A stretch of 64,000 nucleotides of DNA, taken from Rhizodiscina lignyota (taxonomy: Eukaryota). A model generated the notes under the pieces. That model had not been told where the DNA came from, did not search any database, and was given only the letters and a program-made list of their open reading frames with translations. This document shows, one piece after another, positions 10,698 to 23,394 of the stretch (positions within the stretch are counted from its first letter, which is position 1; every line of letters starts with the position of its first letter). The stretch is taken from contig ML978125.1 of the NCBI GenBank assembly GCA_010015805.1, positions 868,001-932,000 on the forward strand, in the 5' to 3' direction. A program made the position numbers and the translations under genes.

Positions 10698-13631
10698 ATG
10701 ACACCTACGCCACCTTCCACTACCTCCTCTAGTGCGGGCCACTCACCGGACACCCAGTACAGGGTGGTTCGGAAGCGTAACAGGGTGCCACTCTCATGTG
10801 GGCCATGTAGGCACAGAAAGTATGTAGCAGCTCCAAACTTTGCCACTCCGACATTTTTTTTTTCAATGCCTAAATTCTATATATGGACTTGACAGAGGCT
10901 AACAGTTTGCTTCAGGCTCAAGTGCAATCGAGCACACCCTTGCGATAATTGCACCAAGCGTGGCGATGTGGATAATTGCACATACGCTACCCCTGGTGCT
11001 CGCAAGAAGAACCAGACAAGTGCTAATGGCTCTAATGCTTCTCCTGATGACATGCAAAATCGTATTGACCGTTTAGAAGGCCTTGTTCTCTCGTTGATGA
11101 CCAATGGACCCCAGGCAGCTGGACCGGCAGCGGCAGCGGCAGCAATCGCTGGACAGAACGTACCCGCGAGCGTCAGCGGAAGCTCGCAAGATGCAAGGTT
11201 GGACGTCGACAACCCAGAAATGATCCAAGAGGAGGATGAGATGAATGGAGAAGACAGCGAGGTTGATCGAGTTACCAAGTCGATGGGAGTGATGAAAGTA
11301 GATGGTCAGGGGAAGGCATTTTTCGCGTCAGAGGCTCACTGGTATGCGATTTTGGGCGAGGTAAGTTTTCATCTGCATCAAAACATCAAAAAGCCATTTC
11401 TGATAACCTTTGAATAGATTGCTGAGGTCAAGAATTTCTTTGCGGAGCACAAGAAGCAGTACGAAGAGCATTTCCGACGAGTCAAAGCACAAAGCCAAGA
11501 CGACGAGAATCCAGGAACCGCGTTCCTTTTCAGATCATACAACAGACTCAGCCGGAATGAGATCATGCAACAGTTTCCCCCTAAACACGTCGCAGACCTC
11601 CTGATTACGCGATACTTCAACAGCTATTATCCCGCGCTCCGTAAGTCTGCTTGCTGCTGCTCAGACAATCAATACGGCTGACTGCGAGTCACAGACATCA
11701 TCCACGGTCCTACCTTTCAGAGACAATATGATGCTCACTGGAATTCCCCGAGTGAGTCAACTACGATGTGGTTTGGCCTTGCCTTTGCGATGATGGCTTT
11801 GGCGCTGCAATCCTACCAAAGTGCTGGTGATGAGCCTCCCGAGTTCCGCGGTCGCACGTGGGAAATGTCGAAAGACTACCGACGCCTGACTGCACAGACG
11901 CTCATCGAAGGTGATCTCTTGGGTCTCTCGAAGCATACGATAGAGACTATTATACTTCACGTTCAAGCTGAATACCAACGCAGTAGAGACGCTGAGTTCG
12001 GTATTCAAATCGCAGTGTCTGTCCTTGTACGACTGGCAATGAAGATGGGCTATCATCGAGATTCGCGACCATATCCGAATATTACACCCTTCCACGGCGA
12101 AATGCGACGAAGGATTTGGGCAAATGTTCGACAGTTCGATCTGCTCTTCTCGTTCCAGAACGGTCTCCCTCCCATGATTCGACCGTGCGACACAAACGTC
12201 GAGGTACCACGAAACCTGTACGACGATGAGCTATACGAAGAAATGCCTGCTCTCCCTCCCTCTCGGCCCGATAGCGAAATTACACCTTGTTCGTTCATGA
12301 TCGCTAAGACGAGAGCGCTTCTAGCATTCAGCGATATCCTCGATACAGTTCAAACATTCAAATGCTGCCCTTACGAGGACATTATGAAACTCGATCAACG
12401 CCTTCGCGAGCTGCACGGTTCATTTCCGCCGCATCTTCAAATGCGCTCTTTAGATGAGTCGAGTCGGGATACATCGTCACTCATCATCCAACGTTACCAC
12501 CTCGACCTACTCGTCCTCCGCTCACAAGTGGTCTTGCACCGCAAGTTCCTCGTTCACGCACGCTTAAACTCCCGCTTTGCATATTCACGTCGAACCTGTA
12601 TCGATGCTTCGATGACGATGCTCAGCCACCAGGCTACTCTCCAGTCGGAATCACGTCCTGGCGGACGTCTCCGGCAAGTCAAGTGGTTTACATCTTCTTT
12701 GACTACCAACGAGTTCCTGCTCGCTGGTATGATCATCTGCTTGGATCTCTACCATACGGCCGAGGCCGAGCGTTCCGGGCGCAGAGCAGCGACAGAACTA
12801 TACGACACATGGAGCCAGGAGCGCAGGGCTAGCATGCTTGCTGCGATCGAAGGCAGCCTCAATATCTGGAAAGAGCTCAAGGATCAGAGCATGGAAGCAT
12901 ACAAAGCGCAAGGCACGCTGGGTGTCATGATTAGCAAGCTGAAGGAGCATCAGGTTATACGGCAGGCTCAACAGGCATATCCGGCAACCGCAAACATGGG
13001 TGCTCCACCATTCAATGGTACAGATGATGCAAATGTGGCGCCTGAACACTCAGCTGCCATGACACTGGGTATGCTCAGTACTGGTGGCTTGACGCCTGGT
13101 TCTACGAACTTGTTCAGTGGTGGCACATTCGGCGGGTTCGATACTGGGCAGTCACCTCCTCAGCCGATGACAGCCACTACAGCGAGCGGCTCGACTGGCA
13201 GCGGACTAACGCCAAATTGGTCGAGCAATGGTGGAGACCCCGGCAAAGATGGGCCGATGAACGCACCCAGTCCGTTCTCGCAGATGTTCGGCGCAAGTAG
13301 CGTTGGTGGCAATTTCCAGAGTATGGATTTGCCTACAGATTGGGTACGTCTTCTCGCTTTTGATTGAAATACATGTTGTGCCCTATGTACTAATTTCACT
13401 GATCAGGACACATGGGACTCGTACGTTGGCGGCGCTTCGCTCGATCCAACCAACCAGATGTGGGGTCTCAACATGGACCTCGGGGCGCCACTGAACGGTA
13501 TCGACAACCTGGCACAGCAGGGCACTGAACAGCAACAGCCACAGCAAGATGGCCAGACAAACGGTGTTTATGCTGGTGTCGGCGGACCGTTCATGGGCGT
13601 TAGCACGCCACCGAAGAACACGATGATGTGA
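10698..13631 (+). CDS. Zn(II)2Cys6 transcription factor with fungal-specific TF middle domain; exons 10698-10819, 10916-11360, 11418-11640, 11695-13343, 13407-13631
   Basis: RKRNRVPLSCGPCRHRK|LKCNRAHPCDNCTKRGDVDNC binuclear cluster (Hap1/Mrr1-like basic region). RLAMKMGYHRD..EMRRRIW middle-homology motif. Four canonical introns keep the frame. Confidence 0.93.
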
Positions 13632-15591
13632 AGGAGATAATCCCCGGGCCTTGACTGCTTCTGGTTCTGGGAGTTTCATTGGGCTGCGATGAAGGCTATG
13701 AATTTCTTTTCATGTGCGCGATACAAAAAAGGGAATCGGGATGGAACTGGCTAGTCTTCACACTTGAGGTGTCGAACATACAGGGTCTTCGGCGGAAGCA
13801 ATCTCCAGGTGCTTTGATACCTCGATTACCAGCTTTGCTTTTCATGGCTATGCAAGATCTGGGTTGTGATGGTTCTTCGGCGCTGGGCCCGGGGAGTGAT
13901 TATTCAGTGTACTTGTACCAGCAAGTCGGAAAGCGCGGTCTCTCTCCAATCAATGATGTTATGCTCCACATGCAAAAGTGGGACTCAGGAGGTCTCATGT
14001 GCTCCCGTCAGTCATATCTGACTCATCGGCGTGCCGTAAGGCAGACACTGCCTAGATTTTAAGGCGCTGCAGCATATGTCCTAGCGCTTGCTCGCTTCGA
14101 CAACTACATGGGCAAGAAGGGGAAGTAACAATGTCACCATTTCTGAGCTTCATCGAATGGTTACTCGTGCTTCAACTTGGAATTGCCGTTAATTCCCTAT
14201 CTCTGGCCCTGCGTCGTAGTGCCCTGGCTATTGATGCCCAGTTGAAGGAGTAGAGCGCTTTGGAAGGCCGTCTGATGGCTTCTAGTCGCAGCCAGAGCAG
14301 TGTCGAGCCAGCAGTACCGCGTCAGGGACTCGCTATACCATATACACTTCCGGAAGATGGCCTTTCTAGTCACGTCACTCCCGGGTCCCCAGGCCATTGA
14401 AGGCTGTACTCTTGCGTCATGGTCACGCAGAATTTCTCGCGTGAGTTGCCCAAGGACGCGTGTGAACGCTTTGTCATCACACTCCGTAAATAGGAATCTA
14501 ATAATCGAAGCTTGTGGCGCAAAGCTGTCGCTTGGTGTTGTCTCCCCCCGTCGTACGGATCTCCGTAGCATTCTTGAGACCAAGGTTATCCATTGTAGCC
14601 TCGTTGCTCCGGAGCCTCGTCGTTGTTGACAGGGTTGCATTCCGTCCCAATGCCTAATCACGTGACGTAAGTGCAAAACCTGAAACACCTGTTTTGGAAA
14701 AGATTTTCTTGGTCTAACTCAACCTCTCTCGCGCTCCTTCTTGAAGCACTACACAAAGAAACGTAGCAATTTGGTCCAATGTAGCAACTGCTCGATCTTG
14801 TCAACTCAAAGAATCTCGAAATCGCTCTCGAATCAGAGCAATGCGCTCCCTGGTGAACTTGTGATGCGCATGGCCAGCCTAGGCGTATGCCCACTGTTCA
14901 TCATCCCAGAATCCATTGGGTAATTTCAACCGAGTAAAAAGTCCCTCAATAACCCATCGCCATGCAAGAAAAGCAAGCAAACAATAACAGAAACAAAAGG
15001 AGAAATAGTCATGTAGCGAACGTCGTAGAAGCCTCTCCACGCTATGCAAAGCCAGCCATGTGAGACTCCCAGAAGCCAAACAATAACGAAATATCAAGCA
15101 ACAGCCAGATGTGGTATCTCCGCTTCCCAGACCGTTGTTCCCAAGCAAGAAAAAAGCCAAAGCTGTCCCGTTTTTCCCTTGTTCCCATTTCCTTCCGGTG
15201 GCGGATAATTTCTAGCGTAGCATGAACGAGTAATATCTGGCTTGCAGATGTTCAGAACAAAAGGGGTATGAAGTGCTCAAGTGAGTGTGGGGGTATCAAA
15301 AGAGGTGAGAGCGTGAGAAAACCATTGACACCGAGAGCCTCCACACAAAATCTTAAAAGGGGGTAAAATGGGGTGCGGTGAAGTGTAGATTATAAAGATA
15401 TAGTGTTGCTTCACAACGAGAATTTGACAAATCATCAGACACGGCGCTTGCTATCATAACTCATGACGAGACGAGATTAAAAAGGAGAAGTGGACAAAGA
15501 CCAATTCCACAGAGCTTCACTCTATTCAGGCCTTGAATCAGTATCTGCATTCTGTGAGACACATGCTGACGGCCCGAACATGTGATCAAGC

Positions 15592-16659
15592 TCACGTGTC
15601 ATCGTCCGCATCGTCTTCGTCGTCTTCGTCGTCGTCGTCATCGTCAGGTTCTTCGGTCCTGGCCTTTTTGGATGGCATAGGCTTTCCTTGAGGTGCCTTG
15701 CGCTTGCCGGCGGAGCTAACTATGCCAGCCATGCTAGCCTTAGCGGGCGTACCAGAATTCTCTTTCTCTGCATCGTCGGGGCCAACGCCCTTCTCCATTT
15801 GTGCAACTTCGTCCGCTGTGAGAAACCGGCCACCAGGCCCACGGGGCCGGCGCATAGCGTGGTTGTGCCTCGACTCATGGAGGTACGGCTTGCGACCCTT
15901 TGATGTCAGCCGTAGAGCTTCCTCGAGCTTCTGGCGCGCCATTCTCCTCTTCAGGATGCGATGGAATTGCTTTGCGTTGACGTACAACGGCGACTCCTCC
16001 GCAGCACCGCTGACTACCTCTGGCGACTGCTGGTGCTGCTGAACTGGAGGCTGTTGCGGAGCCATCTGTCCCGCTGGCCTAGGAGCGGCATGGTTCATGA
16101 CGGGTTGCTGGTGTTGCATTGACGGACTGCTAATTTGGTTGCTCATTCGTCGCTGAGGCAGCTGCTGCTGGGCCATCTGCACTTGCTGAGGCATATGCTG
16201 AGGAGCCATTTGTCTCGGAGACTGTGGACGGTTGTCAACCTTGGTTGGTTGAGCCAAGCGCGGTGATGCGCCTGGATCTTGACCCATTGGCATTCCTTGG
16301 CCAGGCATGTAGTATGGTTGACCCGACGCCGCGGCGGTCGCCATAGCTGCGGCCTGCGATGGAGATATGTTGTACTGCGTCTGCATGCTGCCAGGCACAC
16401 TGTACGCCTGAGCAGGATAGCCCATGTGTTGATGCGGCTGGCCCGGCTGTTGCGGGTATGGATGGCCTTGTTGTTGCATGATTGGAGATGTTTGCTGGTG
16501 GGCCGGGTGCATTTGATTCTGCTGGTTCGGAGAGGTTATGGTCTGGACACCAGGCACAGCGCTTTGCGGAGAGGTGTAAGCATTCTGCAGATGCTGTTGC
16601 GCGTGTGGATGTGCGTTGTGAGGATGCGGTTGTTGATACGACGTGTACGCCTCCATCAT
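15592..16659 (-). CDS. hapB: CCAAT-binding complex subunit HapB (Hap2/NF-YA)
   Basis: [56 protein letters not shown] core; Gln-rich N-terminus; basic patch and acidic tail. Confidence 0.97.
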   Translation of the reverse strand: MMEAYTSYQQPHPHNAHPHAQQHLQNAYTSPQSAVPGVQTITSPNQQNQMHPAHQQTSPIMQQQGHPYPQQPGQPHQHMGYPAQAYSVPGSMQTQYNISPSQAAAMATAAASGQPYYMPGQGMPMGQDPGASPRLAQPTKVDNRPQSPRQMAPQHMPQQVQMAQQQLPQRRMSNQISSPSMQHQQPVMNHAAPRPAGQMAPQQPPVQQHQQSPEVVSGAAEESPLYVNAKQFHRILKRRMARQKLEEALRLTSKGRKPYLHESRHNHAMRRPRGPGGRFLTADEVAQMEKGVGPDDAEKENSGTPAKASMAGIVSSAGKRKAPQGKPMPSKKARTEEPDDDDDDEDDEDDADDDT

Positions 16660-18337
16660 GGGCGCGATGTCAGGACGGCGCCTTTAGAATAACCGTCGGC
16701 GGGGCAGAAGCTTTGATGCCGTTCTTGTCTGTACCCCAGGATCGCCGCTATACAGCACGGACTGTGTGTACCTTGTGCGATATGAAAGATGGCGCCACAG
16801 TTGCACCAGACTGGCCAGTCGCGAAGTCAGACTCGAAACGGTCGCGGCTATTGGAGCTGTTGATTGCGACGCTTAACGCGAACAGGTATGTTGTGAGAAT
16901 GATAGGGTCGCGACGGAGGTGGAAGCGGCGCGATGAGTGGCGGGGAGGTGGTGCCTGTTTAAGACTGCCCGTCAGCAGTTGCGCCAATAGAAAGAGCAGT
17001 CGCGTCAGAGGACAGGCCAATACGAACGTTTTGGAAAGCTGATATGACGAGCTGGGTAGGTGGGAAATGTCTTTTTCCTCACAAAGCTCCACAGAAGTGA
17101 AACTGCAATTTACGCTCAATTGCGGCTCTGATATCCAAGGCGACAGACAAGGTTGACTGCGTCAGAGCGCGTAGCAGCAGCTGAGCAATGACAGGGCTTG
17201 TCGATGCGTTGTCAAGCTGGACAGCCACGCGACGGGGAAGGCGCAGGCTCAGTCGAGATGGGCGACGTGCTGGAACGAGAGCGCCGCCTTGCGGAGACAG
17301 CGGAGCAGGGAATAATGGACTTTGACGTGCGGTTTGCCTCTGCTGCGCGACCGAAAGCAGAGGTGAGGCGGTGCGTCGACAGTGGCCGGCAAAAATGCCC
17401 AAGCGTCGCAGAAGCACACGGCGGGCTTTGGTGAGAGAAGGGCCGAACCGCTGTGCGTTCAGTGAACGGTCGAGTTCTCTGCCACTCGGGATTCGACAGA
17501 AAAGCCTTTAGACCTGGATTAAAGACCAATTGCTGTCAGCAAGGAGCGCGCCTATTTTCTAGGAACGGGAGACAATTGGGAAAAGACTCGAGGCGGGCAT
17601 GAGCTGGCGGGGATGACGATTGGAGGTATGCGCTGGCACTGCATGCATGCTAAACATAACCGTACCGGTGGAGTCAGCCGCTGGAGCCCACGTCGCGGGC
17701 GGCGGGCGAGCGCAACAAGCAGAGAGCGCCTGCTGGGAGCTCGCTCTGTCGGTGACGTTGCGATGCTTCGCTCAATGGGAAGCTAAGCTCTACCCGCGTT
17801 TCGGCGTGAGGCACGCTGCGGCTGCTCAGCGAATGTCGAAGTGGCAAACGCGCGATGCTTAAGAAACGCTCCGCTTCGCAGCAGCAATTGATGCGCAGAG
17901 GAGCTTTTCTGAAGCGCCGCCTGCCGTTCAGCGCAATGCTCGGGCCTGCCTGCTCAGAGGCGCTGGGGTGCAGCGCTGAGAATGCCGGGGATAGCCGACT
18001 GCTGTTTTGCGGGCGGTGATGCGAGCAGTTGAGCGTGGAATGGAGTGCAAGCGCGCCGTCAATGGCAGACGCGGACGCGTAGAGGGACGAATGGGGAGGC
18101 TGAGTGGATGAAAAAGCAGTTACCAAATGAACGTACCTTGTGCGAGACCGCAGGTGATGGAAATCACGAGATTTGGATGGGTGCAGAGGGCGAGATGCGC
18201 GGTGTCGCGAGTGTCGCACAGCTGGACAGGCTGGCGGCGCGACGAGGGTGGTTGGGCTTTGCGTCGCGACTCGCCGTGGCAGATCTGGCACGAGGGGAGG
18301 CTCTTTAGTTCTGAGATTCAGGATGACGATTCGGGGC
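16660..18337 (-). promoter_or_regulatory. Putative spliced 5' leader of hapB (about 1.5 kb); intron 17665-17514 and a further acceptor at 16955
   Basis: The only minus-strand ATGs in this span (CAT at about 17598, 17642, 17646, 17655) lie inside a GTACGG..GCTGAC..CCAG intron. A second GCTGAC..AACAG acceptor ends at 16955, with possible donors at 17113 (GTAAAT) and 18136 (GTACGT). Confidence 0.55.
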
Positions 18338-18388
18338 CATCGAGAGGGTGCAAAGGCAATGATAGGGCGATGAAGCGGCCAGCATTAA

Positions 18389-18419
18389 TGATTGGCTTCG
18401 GTAGCTGGGGGGCGATTGG
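18389..18419 (-). promoter_or_regulatory. Tandem CCAAT boxes in the presumptive hapB core promoter
   Basis: Minus-strand AGCCAATCA (CCAAT at 18395-18391) and TCCAATCG (CCAAT at 18419-18415), just upstream of the AUG-free leader boundary. Confidence 0.45.
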
Positions 18420-21400
18420 AGAAGAAGAGATTTCGCTGTGAGTGGCCCCGTTGGAGCGGCCGGGCGGGTTTTCAAGAGAAGCCGAGCGCTGGACGCTGGC
18501 CTTGGCCGCGCACGTGCAAGATGGGCTTGGGGTTGGGGTCGCGCCTGGCGGAAGCGAGCATCGCACCTGCCCCAGAGCCTCCATCCACCCTTAGACCTCC
18601 TCTGCGCCGCCGTCAGCCGCGGCACAACTCTGGAGACGGCCTGCCTCCGACCAGACGATGCGCCTGCCCCGATCGGGCAGCAGACGTGATGCTGGACGCG
18701 ATCCGCCCTGCCTGCAGTTGCAGCAGCACACGGCGCAAGCACACACGCTTTGTGATGACGAAGCGACGGCAGAGTGTCGGTGAGATGGGCCGGTGAAGCG
18801 TCGTCGAAGGGCATTGTCCCTCCACGGAAATAAGCGTTATGCTCTCTAATCGACGCTGCGCTGCTGCCCTCTGACCAGTGCGGTCCAGACGACGTCGAGT
18901 ATTCTTTCTTTTCGCCCTTTCTCGCCGCGCTCATTGGCCGCGCTGCAGGCAATCATGGCCCGTCATCTGCTGCCACCAGCGCTTTCTGCAACTCGCCCGT
19001 CTGCGCCCTCGTAGCCCTCTTCCCTGATCCCTGCCCCTTGCTCACCAATTCTCGCCCTCATTCGCGTGCCACTCTGTCGGACATTTTGCGCATTGGCACT
19101 GCAGAGCCTGCACATGTCTTGCTGTTCTCGCTGCTGTCTTCATCTGCTTTCGCCTCTGTGCACTCGGAGGCGCTCTATGGCGCAGTCACGAGATGTTGTC
19201 GCCACCAGGGCCCACGGACGGCCGACGCGCTCCAGAGTTCCAAGTTCGGCAGGTTCTGAGCTCCAGATACCTCTGCTAATGTCTCTCTGATGTTCCTCAT
19301 CACCCTCTTCTGCCCTATGGAAGCACGAAGCAGCCGCTCTGCCCTGCCATTGGGCGTCGCGATGCTTCGCAGCATGTTTCACCCGGCGACACGCCCATAC
19401 GCTGACTCCGATTTCATCCTCGCCCACCCCTGCTTCGAAGCATTCCGCAGTGTCGTCGATCTGCGCATCAACTCCATCCAGAAATCATGTCCGGGCGCCT
19501 CGCTCCGTCATGCAAATCATTGCAGGAAAGAAATCCTGCGCGCCCAGCCCGCTCCGCAGCCTTGAGCGCTTTCCCATCCCTGCTGTTCGTGACGCGGGGA
19601 GGCGTGCCTAAGCGACGGCGCAAATGCATCTCATTTTGATGCCGTTCCGGGATCGCGTTCCGAAGCAGAGGACTGCTGGCGGCCTGGCATGCTTTAACAG
19701 CTGGCTGAACAGAGACGACATGCCACCAGCAGACCCCTCCGTGAAGCATCAAATACGACATGATGAAACACATGCCTCAAATGCGTCCATGAAGAATTTC
19801 CCTAAGCCCAGGCGAATTTGGCGAAATAAGCGGGGAAGAAGGCAAAACTGTCGCGTGGGGTCTCGCCATAGTGGAGGGCTGACAGGTCCAGAGACGAGAC
19901 CGTGTCTGCGGGACCTGCTTGCCATGTGCAGGGTCTCCAGCGTGACGATTTCGTGTTGCACAGCATCTAATATGTACAGGTTCTCTAGGCTTTATCGATT
20001 TCGGGCCTCAATGCCTTGGGGGCTGGAAATTCGATAATCTCTCGTGCCAGAAGCTCATATCCGGTGAAGCGATGGGAATGAGCATTGGAATGCAACCTGG
20101 ACATGGAGAGCAATGTTCAAGATTGGCCGCTTCGTGTTCTTCACGTCCATTATGCGAACGCATGCAAGCTGGAGCCCCACGAGCTTCAGGCTAAAGGAAT
20201 CCCACTGGGATTGCCTCCGTGTTTGAGTGGATATGTCACGAGGCATCGAAGAGGTGGGTGTCTTCGAAATGACATCGAACTTCTAGAAGATGAGCCCGGG
20301 CCTCCTCAACCATATACAGCCTGTAATGGCTCGTATAATGCTTCTGGGGGTGAGATCAGCAAATGAAATCTCTAGAGGGTGACGAAATAGTTGGCCGGAG
20401 AAGCCGTAACGCCTAAGCGCGAGAAGCCATTGTACTTCAGGGAAGCGAAACTATTTCTGAAAGGTCGATTGGCGTTCTTTGGGGCGTATATAATAATAGC
20501 ATACCGTTAAAAACGTCGCACGCTTTATTAATTATAGAGTCTATATATCATAGTTACTCAGTGCTTTGAAAGCTCCAGTGAATCTTTGATCAACTCATTG
20601 ACAAAACGCGAAGGCGTACGTCACCTCTCTGACTGTCATAGTCGCACACTGATCGCAAACGCTCGTATCATTTCTAAGGCGGCAGAATAGCTGACCTTGA
20701 TGACCTTAACCCCGTCTCAACAGCCATACACGGGCTTTCTCTTTCGGAGCCTCTCTTCACATTAGTCTTGACTCCTGACAAATTTCGACGAAGAACTTCA
20801 GCTCGGAGGAGGATATGTTCATCATCGACTTCGTTTGTTTTGACAATAATGAATACGCCACTGTTGAATGCCTCCTCTAATGCCTGGTGCCTGGTGCAGA
20901 AGGTTAAGTGGACGAATCAGAATTCGATATCACTCCTCCACACTCGCGAGAGCATGTCTGAATGCTTGATTAGCAATACTCCAGGCAGAGCTTATCAGCC
21001 ATGCACGACTTAGTCACGCATAACTTGTACTAACTGAAGCGTGTATACTTCCTTACCGTTCGGTGTACTGTTGCTACGAATCAACTTTCCGTCGCCTCCG
21101 AGGAATGTACATCTATGTGAGAACAAACGATCGCTTGAATATGATCTTCGTTCTCCCACGACATCTTCACTTTTACTGAAGGGCTGTTGTTAGTGCCTCG
21201 GTATGCTATTTTACGCAACCGGGCGAGTACAGGTGCAAGAGCCTATCACCCAGCACCTCCTTCTTCCACCCGGCAGATCGCATAGACGAAGCTGCTAGAA
21301 TCCGAAGTCTGGGAACCACACTCGCCGTCGAATAGCCAGAGTTGAGGGAACACGTGAACCGCCCAGTAGCCTCATCCACAGCCTTATTCAGTCCTTCCAA

Positions 21401-21728
21401 GCCACAGCTCTGTACTAGCAAACTCTTGTGCGTAGTAGTTGTACCCGTTGGGTAATACAGACAGGGTGCTGAACATGGTAGTCAGTGGCTAATTGGATGG
21501 GTCGAGTTTGTGTCCAGTGCGGAACAGTTAGGAGACATCAGTTCATCTCTTCTATTCAAACGTAGACTATTTACAAGTATAATTAAATCTCTTCTTGCGC
21601 GCGTTTCCTCGCTGTTTCTTTTTCTTTTTGTGCTTCGGTCAGTTAAAAGGTTCTCTTGCGAAAGGGGCCGCCAACGCGATGCCACCGGCTTTAGAATCGA
21701 ACGTTTAGAGCTCCAGGGAGCTCCCGCA

Positions 21729-23394
21729 TCAATATCTCAACCGCGAGACTCCTTCGGCCATGTAAAACGTTTGCCTCCTAGCGAACCAGCTGGTGACCTC
21801 GCTGATTGCGCTATCCAAGCCACTCAAGCTCGGCAGACCTCTCTTTACAATTGGGCTCAGAGCGCGCTTGCTCTTCGACGGAGCACCGGTGACGCCATTG
21901 TTCAGCAGCAGCTTCGCGTCGCCACTGTTTGCATTGCCCGAAACCTGGTTCTGCAGGGCGCTTCCGAGCAGGTAACTCTTCATGGCCGCCGGGTCCTGTG
22001 CGAGCTGCGGCTGCGTGACCATCGTGTATGCGATCACGCCGGTGACGTGCGGTGTCGCCATGCTCGTGCCGTCGAGAGTGTTGATAACATATGGTCCGCC
22101 GATCCATGCACTAATGACGTTTTCGCCTGGAGCGTAGATGTCGTTGCAGGTGCCGGTGTTTGAGAAAGAGGAGATCACGTTGCCGCTGCCAATCGAGCCA
22201 ACGGAGATGGCGGGACCATTGGAGCCGCCACTCGATGACGGAGAGAAACTACAAGAGTCCTCTCCTGAGTTACCCGCGGCGACGGCGGAGTGGATGCCAG
22301 CGGCAACAGCTGCGCGGATGACATTGTCGATAACCGTGGAGCCTTATGAAATGTTACTACTATTGCACATTGCTGATGGAGCATTTGCCTGCATCGCATA
22401 AAAGAGATCACACTGATAGGACAATAAACTTACTTTGTGTCAGGCCCCACGACATGCTCATCACGCTACCCACGAAGCCAGGCTCGGTCTTCCGCTGGTT
22501 GTGCCTGCCGATCACATAATTGATGCCATTGACTGTGTCAGAGCTCTGCCCTGAGCCTTGATCATTCAGCACCTTCACGCCAATGATGTTTGCGGAGCTG
22601 GCAACTCCAAAGGTGGTTCCTGTCGCCGTACCAGTAACGTGGGTGCCATGGCCATCGCCATCAGTGGTATCGCTCTCGTCGTACGACCAGCCCATCGTCG
22701 CGCGGCCGCCGAACGCGACATGCTCCGTGTTGATACCTGTGTCAACAATGTACACGTCCACGCCGCTGCCGAGTGCTGGGTTCGCGTAGGAGTATGTGAA
22801 GTCCAAGGCCGAAGGATCGCCGCTGACGCCGTCGGTGCTCGAGATGCGCTGGAGACCCCATGGACCGCCTGAGCGTGAGGTCGTGCCGTGAGTGGAAACT
22901 GGAAGGACTTTCTCGACAACAGCAACATCGGACATGTTTGCGAGCTGGTCGAGACAGTGGGACTGGAGGGAAGCCGCGAAGCCACGGAAACCAGTGTTGT
23001 CGAAGGTGGAGTGAACATCGGGATGATCGCTTGTCAGACCGATTTGGGAGAGGATGTCGTCTGCACTCGCAGTGCTGACGGTGTCTTGTGCTGAAACGTC
23101 GGAGCCAGATGCCGCCGCGCCATTTTTGAAGAGAACGATGTAGGACTCTCCGCCGCTAGTATGACCAGTAGCTGAGGAAGCTGAGGAAGCTGAAGCAACT
23201 GGAGCCGCAGAAGATGTTGTGACTACGGGCTTGCCGTGGTCCTGACCACCGGATGTCTGGTGATGGGCCGGATCAATATATCCTTTGCCCCAAGGGGGAG
23301 AAGCACTCTCGCTGAGGCCGGGAAAGAAGTTCGGAAGTGCCAACGCTTCCGTCGCCAAAAGCGAGGCGAACACAAAGTGAGTGAAAGGCCCCAT
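21729..23394 (-). CDS. Secreted subtilisin-like (proteinase K, S8) serine protease with signal peptide and I9 propeptide; exons 23394-22434 and 22342-21729
   Basis: Hydrophobic signal peptide; SYIVLFK propeptide; catalytic D (VYIVDTGI), H (HGTHVTG) and S (GTSMATPHV); AAGN oxyanion motif appears after splicing intron 22433-22343 (GTAAGT..AAG). Confidence 0.93.

Noticed and set aside
17079..19773. Many overlapping 70-215 aa ORFs upstream of hapB
   Set aside because: Expected in GC-rich sequence; Arg/Ala/Pro-biased, mostly non-ATG starts, no recognisable domains.
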